A stretch of DNA of 64,000 nt from an uncultured Prevotellaceae bacterium (GTDB lineage: Bacteria; Bacteroidota; Bacteroidia; Bacteroidales; Muribaculaceae). The notes beneath the pieces are model-generated. The model made no database searches. It saw nothing but the letters and a program-made list of their open reading frames with translations, and had not been told where the DNA came from. This document shows, one piece after another, positions 20,205-30,265 of this stretch. Within the stretch, counting starts at the first letter, position 1, and each line of letters starts with the position of its first letter. The stretch covers positions 3,005 through 67,004 of the forward strand of contig CAMJZF010000001.1 of NCBI GenBank assembly GCA_946410125.1, written 5' to 3'. Position numbers and translations under genes: made by a program.

Positions 20205-20929
20205 CATTTTACTGGCAAGTGCCGCCACAGGGGGCGGGGAATGCGTCGCCACAGTGCAGTGACAATGCGCCACCGCCAGTCAATTACCCACACGTGCCTG
20301 CGTTGATTTATAGCCTTAACTATTTCCTTGGCAACTTTTTCGGGCTTGAGGAGCATGGGATATTTAGGGCTGTCACCCAGCAACGGAGTGCTCACAAAGC
20401 CTGGTCGAAGGTCGGTAAACCTTATTTTAAGGCCACGCATCCTTGCCTGCTGCTCAAGCGACTGGATGTAGGTGTTCTGAAAAGCCTTGGTAGCCGAGTA
20501 AGAAGGAGCAGCTCCTAATCCTTTAGTTCCGGCAATGCTGCTAATGGCAGCGATGTGACCACCGCCATGCTCAGCCATGTATCGGTAAGCAGCACCTATC
20601 ATTCTCGTGAATCCCATGCCGTTGGTAAGCACTGTGTCAAGCTCTATTCCAGGCTCCAGCTCCATGTTCTGCTTTCCTACACCCGAAGTATAGAAAAAGA
20701 GGTCTATCCCCCCTACCCTGTCTATCAGCTTCTCCAGTTTCGAGGGTGCATCACTTCCGGTAACATCAATGCACTGCATTTCCACCCGGTCGGGAGCAAG
20801 TTTCTTTATTTCTTCAAGTTTGTCGACACGGCGTGCGGCAACACCAAGCTGCCAACCGCCTGCAAGCAACAGTTTTGCTACTTCTTTGCCGAGCCCCGAC
20901 GAGGCTCCAATGATTATTGCCTTTCTCAT
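20204..20929 (-). CDS. Short-chain dehydrogenase/reductase
   Basis: GASSGLG and YSATK motifs. Confidence 0.92.
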   Translation of the reverse strand: MRKAIIIGASSGLGKEVAKLLLAGGWQLGVAARRVDKLEEIKKLAPDRVEMQCIDVTGSDAPSKLEKLIDRVGGIDLFFYTSGVGKQNMELEPGIELDTVLTNGMGFTRMIGAAYRYMAEHGGGHIAAISSIAGTKGLGAAPSYSATKAFQNTYIQSLEQQARMRGLKIRFTDLRPGFVSTPLLGDSPKYPMLLKPEKVAKEIVKAINQRRHVWVIDWRWRIVTALWRRIPRPLWRHLPVK

Positions 20930-21510
20930 CGTTGCGCAAGAAACTGGGTCAATTTAGCTACCGCGCGGCCACGGTGGCTGATTCGGTTTTTCTCCTCGGC
21001 ACTCATTTCGCCAAAGGCACAGTCGGCCTCTACAGGCTTGAAAATAGGGTCATAGCCAAAACCTCCCGCACCATGACGCTCGGTGAGAATGTGTCCTTCA
21101 ACCTTGCCTTCAAACTCATGCACCTCGCCATCCATAATGAGAACTATGGCTGTGCGAAAACGGGCAGTGCGTTTTTCCATAGGCACATCCTTGAGCAACC
21201 GCAGCACCTTTTCAATGTTGCGCTCACTGTCATGAGCCACGCCACCATAACGTGCCGAGTGAACTCCTGGCTCACCGTTTAATGCATCTATTTCAAGACC
21301 GGTATCATCGCTGAAACAGTCATAACCATATTTTTCCTTAACCCACCGAGCCTTGATCATGGCATTACCCTCAAGGGTCGATGCAGTCTCGGGTATGTCG
21401 TCGTGGCAACCAATATCGGCAAGGCTAAGCACATTAAATTTTCCTGCCATAATTTGGCGCAACTCGCTGAGCTTGTGCTCGTTATTAGTTGCAAAAACTA
21501 TATCTTTCAT
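20926..21510 (-). CDS. rdgB: Non-canonical purine NTP pyrophosphatase
   Basis: ATNNEHK, DDTGL, GFGYDPIF, KNRISHR. Confidence 0.95.
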   Translation of the reverse strand: MKDIVFATNNEHKLSELRQIMAGKFNVLSLADIGCHDDIPETASTLEGNAMIKARWVKEKYGYDCFSDDTGLEIDALNGEPGVHSARYGGVAHDSERNIEKVLRLLKDVPMEKRTARFRTAIVLIMDGEVHEFEGKVEGHILTERHGAGGFGYDPIFKPVEADCAFGEMSAEEKNRISHRGRAVAKLTQFLAQR

Positions 21511-21585
21511 TATATTGAAGTTTACTTATAAATTTATCCGCCTGAAATATTGTGAATTTCAAGCGGATAAAGGTAAAAAATATTA

Positions 21586-24357
21586 CTAAACTACCACATT
21601 TACAATTTTATTGGGAACCACAATTACCTTCTTGGGTTGCTTGCCATCGAGCCAGCGGGCGGCACCTTCGTGAGAGAGCGCCAAGCGCTGAACCTCGTCG
21701 CCTGGAGTTCCAGCAGCAACCTCTATATTGAAACGTGGCTTACCATTGAAGAGCACCGTATATTTCACTACGCTCTCCTTGAGATATTCCTCGTTCCAAA
21801 CAGGCCATTGTGCGTCACACACTGTTCCCTCCTCACCAAGCACATGCCACAATTCCTCGGCAATGTGAGGAGCAAACGGCGACAGCAGAACCACAAAGTC
21901 GCGATAAACACTCTTGCTGCGGCACTTCATGGAGCTGAGCTCGTTGACGCAAATCATAAATGCCGCTACACTGGTGTTATAAGAGAACTGCTCAATGTCT
22001 TGCGACACTTTCTTGATGAGTTTGTGAATAGACTTCAATGCCTCGGCACTTGGCTTCTCGTCGATGAGTTGCATAGTGTCGCCCTTGAATACAAGGCCCC
22101 ACAAGCGTTTCAGGAAACGATTAACACCGTCAATGCCGTTGGTGTCCCAAGGCTTGCTTGCCTCAACAGGACCCAAGAACATTTCGTACAGGCGCAGCGT
22201 GTCGGCACCATAACGAGCCACTATATCGTCGGGGTTAACTACGTTGAACATCGACTTCGACATCTTCTCTATTGCCCAGCCACAAATGTATTTTCCATCT
22301 TCAAGAATAAACTCAGCATTGGCAAACTCAGGCCTCCAAGCCTTGAAAGCGTCGATATCGAGAACATCGTTGGAAACAATGTTAACATCTACATGAATAG
22401 GAGTTGTGTCATAGTCTTTCTTAAGATTGAATGACACAAATTTATTAGTATCCTTGATGCGATAAACAAAGTTGGAACGACCTTGAATCATACCTTGATT
22501 AACGAGCTTGCGGAAAGGCTCGGCCTCACACACATAGCCGTAGTCATAAAGGAATTTATTCCAAAAACGACTGTAAATCAAGTGACCGGTAGCATGCTCG
22601 GTACCACCCACATAGAGGTCTACCTGACGCCAATATTCATTGGCTTCCTTGCTCACAAGGGCTTTATCGTTGTGAGGATCCATGTAACGAAGATAATAGG
22701 CACTCGAACCTGCAAAACCGGGCATGGTGTTCAATTCCAACGGTCGGCCGTTGCCTGCCACCCAGTTCTTGGCGCGTCCCAATGGTGGCTCGCCGGTCTC
22801 GGTGGGCAAGAACTTATCAACCTCAGGCAACTGCAATGGCAATTCACTATCATCAAGACACTGTGGCTGGCCATCCTCGTCGTAATATATTGGGAATGGC
22901 TCACCCCAATAGCGCTGACGGCTGAAAATGGCATCACGCAGACGGTAGTTTACCTTTACCTTGCCTATTCCTGCTTCTTCTATATATTTCTTAGTCTTGG
23001 CAATGGCTTCCTTAACCTGCAAGCCATTAAGCTGCAGACGCTCGTTGCTGGAATTCATCATTATTCCATCCTTGGCATCAAAACTCTCCTCACTGATGTC
23101 GGCACCTTCGATAAGTGGAATAATAGGCAAGTCGAAGTGACGTGCAAAGGCATAGTCACGGCTATCGTGAGCAGGCACTGCCATGATGGCTCCGGTACCA
23201 TAGCCGGCAAGCACATAGTCGCTGATATAAATAGGAATTTCCTTGCCAGTAACAGGATTGATGGCATAGCTGCCGCTAAACACACCACTCACCTTCTTCT
23301 CGATGAGGCGCTCACGCTCAGTCTTGTGCTTTACTTCATCGAGATAAGCATCTACTGCGACACGCTGGTCATCGGTAACTACCTTCTCCACATATTCACT
23401 CTCGGGAGCAAGTACCATGAACGTAACACCAAAAATTGTGTCGGCACGGGTTGTGAAAATCAACAACTGTTCATCGCTGCCAACAATGGGGAACAACATC
23501 TCGGCACCCTCGCTATAGCCAATCCAGTTCTTTTGGGTCTCCTTTATCGACTCGCTCCATTCTATGGTTTCAAGGTCACGCAAGAGGCGACCTGCATAGG
23601 CACTCACCCGCAAGCACCACTGGCGCATAACCTTCTGCTCAACAGGATATCCGCCACGAATCGAGATGCCCTCGCTCACCTCATCATTGGCAAGTACAGT
23701 GCCAAGTTTCGGACACCAGTTAACCATTGTGTTGCCAAGATAAGCGATGCGATAGTTCATGAGAGTCTGGCTCTGCTCAGCTTTTGTCATGCCATTCCAT
23801 TGCTCGGCGGTAAATTCCTCCTTGGCATTGGTGTGAGCATTGCAACCTTCACTGCCGTTTTTAGCAAAATATTCAACAAGTTCGTCGATGGGGCGCGCCT
23901 TGTCGAGAGCAGTATTGTAATAGCTCTTGAACATTTGTAGAAAAGCCCACTGAGTCCACTTGTAATAGCTTGGCTCACAGGTGCGCACCTCACGGTCCCA
24001 GTCATAACAGAAACCTATTTTATCGAGCTGTTCACGATAACGCTTTATATTTTTTTCGGTAGTAATTTCAGGATGTTGACCAGTTTGAATGGCATATTGC
24101 TCTGCCGGCAAGCCAAAGGCATCATAGCCCATGGGATGCAGCACGTTAAAGCCTTTTTGACGCTTATAGCGAGCATAAATGTCACTGGCAATGTAACCCA
24201 GAGGATGCCCTACATGCAATCCTGCACCACTTGGATAAGGAAACATGTCAAGAACATAAAATTTGGGCCGACCATTGTCAATGTCTACTTTATAAGTATT
24301 GTGATCTTTCCAATACTGCTGCCACTTTTTCTCAATTTCTTTAAAATTGTAGTCCAT
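21586..24357 (-). CDS. leuS: Leucine--tRNA ligase
   Basis: [19 protein letters not shown]. Confidence 0.98.
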   Translation of the reverse strand: MDYNFKEIEKKWQQYWKDHNTYKVDIDNGRPKFYVLDMFPYPSGAGLHVGHPLGYIASDIYARYKRQKGFNVLHPMGYDAFGLPAEQYAIQTGQHPEITTEKNIKRYREQLDKIGFCYDWDREVRTCEPSYYKWTQWAFLQMFKSYYNTALDKARPIDELVEYFAKNGSEGCNAHTNAKEEFTAEQWNGMTKAEQSQTLMNYRIAYLGNTMVNWCPKLGTVLANDEVSEGISIRGGYPVEQKVMRQWCLRVSAYAGRLLRDLETIEWSESIKETQKNWIGYSEGAEMLFPIVGSDEQLLIFTTRADTIFGVTFMVLAPESEYVEKVVTDDQRVAVDAYLDEVKHKTERERLIEKKVSGVFSGSYAINPVTGKEIPIYISDYVLAGYGTGAIMAVPAHDSRDYAFARHFDLPIIPLIEGADISEESFDAKDGIMMNSSNERLQLNGLQVKEAIAKTKKYIEEAGIGKVKVNYRLRDAIFSRQRYWGEPFPIYYDEDGQPQCLDDSELPLQLPEVDKFLPTETGEPPLGRAKNWVAGNGRPLELNTMPGFAGSSAYYLRYMDPHNDKALVSKEANEYWRQVDLYVGGTEHATGHLIYSRFWNKFLYDYGYVCEAEPFRKLVNQGMIQGRSNFVYRIKDTNKFVSFNLKKDYDTTPIHVDVNIVSNDVLDIDAFKAWRPEFANAEFILEDGKYICGWAIEKMSKSMFNVVNPDDIVARYGADTLRLYEMFLGPVEASKPWDTNGIDGVNRFLKRLWGLVFKGDTMQLIDEKPSAEALKSIHKLIKKVSQDIEQFSYNTSVAAFMICVNELSSMKCRSKSVYRDFVVLLSPFAPHIAEELWHVLGEEGTVCDAQWPVWNEEYLKESVVKYTVLFNGKPRFNIEVAAGTPGDEVQRLALSHEGAARWLDGKQPKKVIVVPNKIVNVVV

Positions 24358-24382
24358 CTTTTATTATTTTTTCATTTCAAAC

Positions 24383-24434
24383 TGCAAAGATAGTGAATAG
24401 TTTTCAGTTAACAGTTGCCAGTCACCAGTTTTTT
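24383..24434 (-). promoter_or_regulatory. leuS promoter: TATCTTTG -7 box preceded by 7-bp-period ACTG repeats
   Basis: Minus strand AAAAAACTGGTGACTGGCAACTGTTAACTGAAAACTATTCACTATCTTTGCA. Confidence 0.7.
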
Positions 24435-24450
24435 GTGAATGGAAAAGTCT

Positions 24451-25584
24451 TTATCTTCTTCTCGATAGCCAAAGATTAAGCAACGGGTCGGTAATAGAAT
24501 AAACTTTTTCTTTGCGTGTTATTAGGTCATATTCAAGCAGTTTTAGTGCTGCCGACTGTGTTGAGCTGGGCGAGCGCAAGCTATATTTCCTATTAAAGGC
24601 CGACGATGTAATGCTTTGCACTTTCCCTTCGGCATGAATAGCATAAAGAAGTTCCTTCTGCGGTTCGGTAATGAATGACAGCTGTTCACGTATGTAAGAA
24701 TCACTCTCGCTAACAAACTTTTCTATCAATTGCTTAATGCTTTTTATATCGCATTTTGCTCTCACTGATGTTTCGGCAAAGGCATCTTTCATGATACGCT
24801 GCACATAGAAAGTAACGCCAAAAAAAGTATCATACACATGGTAAAAAGCATCAGAATCAAGACTTTTACCAGCTTGCTTGAAATGGCCTATAGCGAAATC
24901 TTTATATACTTCTCTATCAATTGCTTCAAGCTTTATTAATTTGGCACTCTGAAAAAAAGGACGTTTTGAAGAGAAGAACATTTCTTCCATCAATCTGCGC
25001 CTGCTTCCAGCAAACACAAAATTAGCATTAGAGAGCTTTTGAATGTGAGTTCTAAGGAGTGCTTCTACATTCTTTTCGGGATAGCGAGTAATTTGCTGAA
25101 ACTCGTCAATCACCACCAAGCAACGTTTATCCACATTTTCTAAATACTCAAATATCTCAGCAAGAGTGTATTCTGGACGCAGAATATCTCCTAACTTAAC
25201 ATCAAAGGTTGGGGTGTTTTGCAATGGATCATATCCAAACGAAGCACTCAGCGATTTGAGTAAAGTAATGAACTGCTTGCGCAATTTCTTGCTGCGAGTC
25301 GCAACGCTGTCGAATACCGCATTTCCAAAGGAAAGTATGAACTCTCTAAATGTAGTAGTGTGTAGAATATCAACGGTTATGGTTATATATTCGTCTTTAA
25401 TTGCTGGCTTATCAAAGACAAAATCCACAAGCGCAGTTTTTCCCATGCGTCGCGCCTATGTCAGCACCACGTTCAACTCGTTGAGAAGTGCTTGTTCAAG
25501 CTCAACAGCTTCCTTTTCCCTGTCGCAGAAATATTCTGGAAGTATTTTACCCGATACTATAAATGGATTATTTATTTTGGCCAT
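24451..25584 (-). pseudogene. AAA/archaeal-type ATPase with C-terminal wHTH, interrupted by in-frame TAG at 25456-25458
   Basis: From ATG 25584: MAKINNPFIVSGKILPEYFCDREKE...VVLT*ARRMGKT, in frame with the 331-aa ORF; VVIDEFQ Walker B. Confidence 0.85.
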
Positions 25585-25621
25585 AATAACTTATTTTTGT
25601 GCAAAAATAATTATTAATTTT

Positions 25622-25661
25622 AAATTACCAAAATAAAATTACCAAAATAAAATAAAATTAC
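25622..25661. repeat. Direct repeats AAATTACCAAAATA upstream of the ATPase promoter
   Basis: Two perfect 14-bp units plus a partial, next to a TATTTTTG box on the minus strand. Confidence 0.6.
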
Positions 25662-25730
25662 ACGAACCTCTGCCGCTACATGCTGCATAAACTCATTGAC
25701 TGGAAAACATAGCCTGGCAGGACAATACAA

Positions 25731-25767
25731 AAAGTTTTACCACCAAATGACTTAGTGATAAAACTTT
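25731..25767 (-). terminator. Terminator after glutathione peroxidase
   Basis: AAAGTTTTACCAC...GTGATAAAACTTT hairpin. Confidence 0.55.
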
Positions 25768-25789
25768 CAACTATAAATATTTAACTACA

Positions 25790-26425
25790 TTATTTACAGC
25801 AGCAACAGCTCTTGCCGTCGATCAATTTAGCTATGTCTTGCTCAATGAGCTTGATGTCGTGGGTTGGCTCGTAGCGTGCCACCACTTTGCCGTCTTTACC
25901 AACCAAGAATTTGGTAAAATTCCACTTAATGTCGGGCTTGCTGGCATAGTCGGGATCGTTTTTCTCCATCATTTCGGCAAGTATCTTGCCAATGGGATGC
26001 TCAAGATTGAAACCCTCAAAACCTTTCTCCTTCTTGAGGAAAGTGAACAATGGATCCTCGCCCGGGCCATTTACCTCTATCTTCTTGAACTGGGGAAACT
26101 CGGTGCCATAGTTGAGCGAGCAAAATTGCGCTATCTCCTCGTCGGTGCCCGGAGCCTGGTTGCCAAACTGATTGCAAGGAAAGTCGAGAATCTCAAGACC
26201 CTTGTCTTTATAAGCCTTGTAAAGAGCTTCCAGCTCCTCATATTGAGGGGTGAAACCACACTTTGTGGCAGTATTTACTATGAGCAACACTTTACCCTTG
26301 TATTCACTCAAGGCTACATCATTGCCCTTGCGGTCTTTCACTGTAAAATCAAGTACACTGTTCTGTGCCATAACGGTTGTAATGTTTAATATTATTATGG
26401 TTAATAATAAAATAGTTCTTCTCAT
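25790..26425 (-). CDS. Glutathione peroxidase family protein (Cys type), with signal peptide
   Basis: VNTATKCGFTPQY, FPCNQF, IKWNFTKFLV. Confidence 0.93.
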   Translation of the reverse strand: MRRTILLLTIIILNITTVMAQNSVLDFTVKDRKGNDVALSEYKGKVLLIVNTATKCGFTPQYEELEALYKAYKDKGLEILDFPCNQFGNQAPGTDEEIAQFCSLNYGTEFPQFKKIEVNGPGEDPLFTFLKKEKGFEGFNLEHPIGKILAEMMEKNDPDYASKPDIKWNFTKFLVGKDGKVVARYEPTHDIKLIEQDIAKLIDGKSCCCCK

Positions 26426-26459
26426 TGTGCTTAATTGGTATTATTGATAATTAAAAAAA

Positions 26460-27449
26460 TTATTTCTTGATGAGTCCCAGGCGATTTGAAATTTCAAGCA
26501 TTCGCTCAATGGGACGCACGGCTTTAACGCGTGTTTCCTCATCTACCTCGATAGCTGGAGCCAGATATTTTAGCGAGTTGTAAAGCTTTTCAAGGGTTAT
26601 AAGCTTCATGTAGGCACACTCGTTGCATGCACAGCCGGCATCGTCGGGAGGAGCAGGAATAAATTCCTTGTCGGGGCAGCGTTTCTTCATCTCATAGATT
26701 ATACCGCTCTCGGTAGCCACAATAAACTTGTTGCAGTCGCTCGCCACCGAATAGTCGAGCAATGCCTTGGTGGAGCCAATTTTGTCGGCAATGAGGCGAA
26801 TGGGCTTGGGACACTCAGGATGCACAAGCACATGAGCATCGGGATGCTGCTTCTTAAGTTCTATAATTTTCTCTATCGAGAATTTCTCATGCACTTCGCA
26901 ATATCCATCCCACACTATCATGTTTCGCCCTGTAATGCTGTTGATATAGTTTCCAAGATTGCGGTCGGGTCCAAAAATCAGTTTCTCATCTTCAGGAAAA
27001 CTGTCAACAATCTGCTTGGCATTGCCACTGGTTACTATTACATCGGTGAGAGCCTTCACCGCGGCACTGGTATTAGCGTAGCTAATAACAGTGTGACCCG
27101 GATGCTCCTTGATAAATGCCTCAAATTCATCGGCAGGACAACTGTCGCTCAGCGAGCAACCGGCATTGAGGTCGGGAACTATAACAGTTTTTTCAGGGCA
27201 CAGAATCTTAGCCGTCTCGCCCATGAAATGCACGCCGCACAGCACTATAACCGGTGCCTCTACATCCTGTGCCAGCTGTGCCAGTGCCAGGCTGTCGCCA
27301 ATGTAGTCGGCGAGATCCTGAATTTCATCGCGCTGATAGAAGTGCGCCATTATCACGGCATTTTTCTCCTTCTTTAGTCGCAATATTTCTTCTTTGAGGT
27401 TGATTCCTTCAGGAATAGGAGCCTCCACATATCCGTTGTCAACATTCAT
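26460..27449 (-). CDS. nadA: Quinolinate synthase
   Basis: AHFYQ, CGVHFMGETAK, AGCSL, HPEC, CAYMK. Confidence 0.96.
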   Translation of the reverse strand: MNVDNGYVEAPIPEGINLKEEILRLKKEKNAVIMAHFYQRDEIQDLADYIGDSLALAQLAQDVEAPVIVLCGVHFMGETAKILCPEKTVIVPDLNAGCSLSDSCPADEFEAFIKEHPGHTVISYANTSAAVKALTDVIVTSGNAKQIVDSFPEDEKLIFGPDRNLGNYINSITGRNMIVWDGYCEVHEKFSIEKIIELKKQHPDAHVLVHPECPKPIRLIADKIGSTKALLDYSVASDCNKFIVATESGIIYEMKKRCPDKEFIPAPPDDAGCACNECAYMKLITLEKLYNSLKYLAPAIEVDEETRVKAVRPIERMLEISNRLGLIKK

Positions 27450-27930
27450 AATATTATTATTCTTTATTTATTTTATTATTTAATTAAAAATTATATTGAT
27501 GATAATAGCCTGTGAATTTAGTTGAAAACTTTTTCTAAAAACTATTGACTTTTGTGTTATTAAAGTTTTAGCTTTAGTTATTAATAGGTTATTTACAACT
27601 TTAAAAATTGATTTATAGTAAATTGCGTAGTTTATCAACACTATGTTTACAACTTGCAAAGTTAATAAAATTATTGAATAATAATAAACAAAAACAGTCT
27701 AAAACTTGTGCAAAATAAGATTGAAATATTGTGAACTTAAAATTTGGAAATAGCTAACTATTTTATAAGCCGATGCAGTTAGGAAAAAGCAAATTTTTAA
27801 TGAACATTTTTTGAAAAAGTTTTACACGGCTTTTCACACAGTTATCAACAATTTGTGAATAGTATGCAAAAAGTGGGTAAATTACACATTATTAGTAATT
27901 TATCCACTTTTATATATAGATTGTGTGAAT
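27450..27930. other. oriC: Putative chromosomal replication origin (oriC)
   Basis: Very AT-rich 480-bp intergenic region with DnaA-box-like 9-mers: TTATCAACA 27632 and 27842, TGTGAATAG 27854, TTATCCACT 27900, TTATTTACA 27589; parS sites and mnmG nearby. Confidence 0.7.
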
Positions 27931-28311
27931 TTATTCTACTGCAATCATTTCAATTTCAACGAGTGCTCCCTTTGGAAGGTCTTTTACGGCAAAAGCCGAG
28001 CGTGCGGGGAATGGCTGTTCAAAGAACTCGGCATAAACCTCGTTCATGGGGCCAAAGTTGGCGATGTCGCTCAGCAGCACGGTAGTCTTTACCACATTGT
28101 TAAGGTCAAGGCCCTCACTCTTGAGAATAGCCTGGGCATTGAGAAGTGACTGACGAGTCTGTTCCTTGATGCCGCCTTCGGGAAAAGCGCCGGTAGCTGG
28201 GTCGATGGGAAGTTGACCAGAGAGAAAAAATGTTTTGCCTTGGGCTGCGATACCCTGGCTGTAAGGACCTATAGCTGCAGGTGCAGCGGCAGTGTTTAAA
28301 GCAGTTTTCAT
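27931..28311 (-). CDS. ridA: RidA/YjgF enamine deaminase
   Basis: APAAIGPYSQ, SGQLP, FPARS, VEIE. Confidence 0.93.
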   Translation of the reverse strand: MKTALNTAAAPAAIGPYSQGIAAQGKTFFLSGQLPIDPATGAFPEGGIKEQTRQSLLNAQAILKSEGLDLNNVVKTTVLLSDIANFGPMNEVYAEFFEQPFPARSAFAVKDLPKGALVEIEMIAVE

Positions 28312-28593
28312 TGTAATGTTGTTGTTTTAAAGATTTTAATTGAATATTAGTTTTGTGCAAAGTTACAAAAAATTTTCTCAAACAAAGAATTACATATAAA
28401 ACAATTTTGGTTGGAAACAATATCTTTTCTGTGTGTAAAGCCAGAACAGCGACTTGAGTGCATAATAAACAGTATAAAGAAGAACGAAAAAAAGAAATAA
28501 AATCTATGCAAATATGCAATTAAACTGCAAATTTGCATAGTTTTTTTTTCCTGGTTATCAAGTAGCGGTGTATTCCTTTACAAGCCGACGTTA

Positions 28594-28630
28594 TAAAAAA
28601 AAAATGCTCCGAATTTGGAGCATTTTTTTT
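28594..28630. terminator. Intrinsic terminator after SPFH gene
   Basis: A-run TGCTCC GAATTT GGAGCA T-run. Confidence 0.8.
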
Positions 28631-28647
28631 TAATAACATACGTAACA

Positions 28648-29610
28648 TTAATCGGCCATCTTGAACATGTCCTTGATGCCGCCAATGCTGCCCATGAGGT
28701 TGCTTGCCTCGTAGGGGAGATATACAGTCTTGGTAGCCGGACCGCCTGCAATGGTCTGCAATGTCTCGATATAATTCTTGGCGAGCAGATAGTTGGCTGG
28801 ATTGGCACTTTGCCCCACAGCCTCGGCCACCTGATTGATGGCAATAGCCTCGGCTTCGGCGCGGCGAATGCGGGCCTGGGCTTCACCTTCGGCAGCAAGG
28901 ATGGCTTTCTGCTTCTCGGCCTCGGCACGGTTGATGGTCGAAGTCTTTTCACCTTCCGACTGCAAGATTACGGCTGCTTTTTCACCCTCGCTGGTGAGAA
29001 TGGTGGCACGCTTGTTACGCTCGGCCTGCATTTGTTTTTCCATTGCCTGGAGCACACTTGCAGGTGGCATAATATCCTGAAGCTCAACACGGTTAACTTT
29101 CACTCCCCACTTGTCGGTAGCATCGTCGAGCACGGCACGCAGCTTGCTGTTGATGGTATCGCGTGATGTGAGTGTCTGGTCAAGTTCCAGTTCACCGATG
29201 ATGTTACGCAGGGTGGTCTGCGTGAGTTTCTCGATAGCGTTGGGCAGGTTGCTGATTTCATAAACCGACTTGAACGGATCTACAATCTGGAAATAGAGCA
29301 GCGCATTGATTTGCATCTGAATGTTATCTTTAGTGATAACATTCTGCTTGTCAAAGTCATAGACTTGTTCTCGCAGGTCAATCTTGTTGGTATAGGCATA
29401 TCGTCCGTTGGTAAGCGAGATGATATTCTTGGGCCTGTCAATGAAAGGAATGATGATGTTGATGCCCGGCTTGAGAGTAGCGTGGTATTTACCAAGTCGT
29501 TCTACAATCTTAGTCTCGCTCTGCGAGATTATCACGAGGCTCATCTTGATGAAAATGAGCACCAGCACCACGAGGGTGATAAGAATAATGAGAGATGTGT
29601 TAAGTTCCAT
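28648..29610 (-). CDS. SPFH/band 7 (paraslipin/QmcA-like) protein
   Basis: IVERLGKY, IDLREQV, VITKDN, MEKQMQAER. Confidence 0.93.
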   Translation of the reverse strand: MELNTSLIILITLVVLVLIFIKMSLVIISQSETKIVERLGKYHATLKPGINIIIPFIDRPKNIISLTNGRYAYTNKIDLREQVYDFDKQNVITKDNIQMQINALLYFQIVDPFKSVYEISNLPNAIEKLTQTTLRNIIGELELDQTLTSRDTINSKLRAVLDDATDKWGVKVNRVELQDIMPPASVLQAMEKQMQAERNKRATILTSEGEKAAVILQSEGEKTSTINRAEAEKQKAILAAEGEAQARIRRAEAEAIAINQVAEAVGQSANPANYLLAKNYIETLQTIAGGPATKTVYLPYEASNLMGSIGGIKDMFKMAD

Positions 29611-29619
29611 AATTATTTG

Positions 29620-30081
29620 TTATTTAGAGTTATTATCGGTTGTTACAGTGATGATAGTGCTGTTTATTTCGGTAACTTTTACCCGTTCACCTTTTTCTAT
29701 GGCAATGTCATTCACGCCACATGCTTTCCATGAGTCGCCGTCGATTTTTACACGTCCGTAGCCTTTGGCGGGAATAGAATCGGTTACCACGCCTTGACGG
29801 CCTATGATGGCATCTACATTACTGGGGCGGTCCTGATCTTTTCGGTGAAAATACTTTAGTGCCAGTGGCCTTACAAATAGCAGGCAAAGTAGCGAAGCAA
29901 TAGCAAATACTATTATTTGTGCAGTAAAACTTGGAACAAATATAGCTACTATACCAGTAATAAAAGCTCCTATCGAGAAACACATTATAAAGAAGTCACC
30001 TGAGGTGAGTTCAAGAATGAGGCAAATCACACCAATGAGTGTCCAAAATTGCCACAAATTGCTTTGAAAATACTCAATCAT
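29620..30081 (-). CDS. NfeD family protein
   Basis: TM segments plus C-terminal OB-fold (GRVKIDGDSWKA); canonical SPFH partner. Confidence 0.9.
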   Translation of the reverse strand: MIEYFQSNLWQFWTLIGVICLILELTSGDFFIMCFSIGAFITGIVAIFVPSFTAQIIVFAIASLLCLLFVRPLALKYFHRKDQDRPSNVDAIIGRQGVVTDSIPAKGYGRVKIDGDSWKACGVNDIAIEKGERVKVTEINSTIITVTTDNNSK

Positions 30082-30265
30082 AATAGTATAGTTTTTATTT
30101 ATTATTAATTATTAATTATTGGCTTTTAATGCGTAAAAGTAACCATTAAATATGTTTTTGCAAAATAATTTTTAAAAAGAAGCATTTACTGAAATATATG
30201 CAAAAAACGTGCCAAATGTAAAAAAATAGAAATTAGTAACTCTTTATAATATAATTAAGGAGTTA

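Noticed and set aside
22483-23940. 485-aa plus-strand ORF (and similar long ORFs opposite mnmG, uvrC, comM and PUL genes)
   Set aside because: Antisense shadows of well-identified genes; no recognisable motifs
25456-25458. Genome-wide TAG recoding or pyrrolysine
   Set aside because: TAG is used as a normal stop nearby (exbB, tonB, comM); no pyl genes in the window
26250-26275. Selenocysteine in glutathione peroxidase
   Set aside because: Active site is a Cys codon (TKCG); no in-frame TGA
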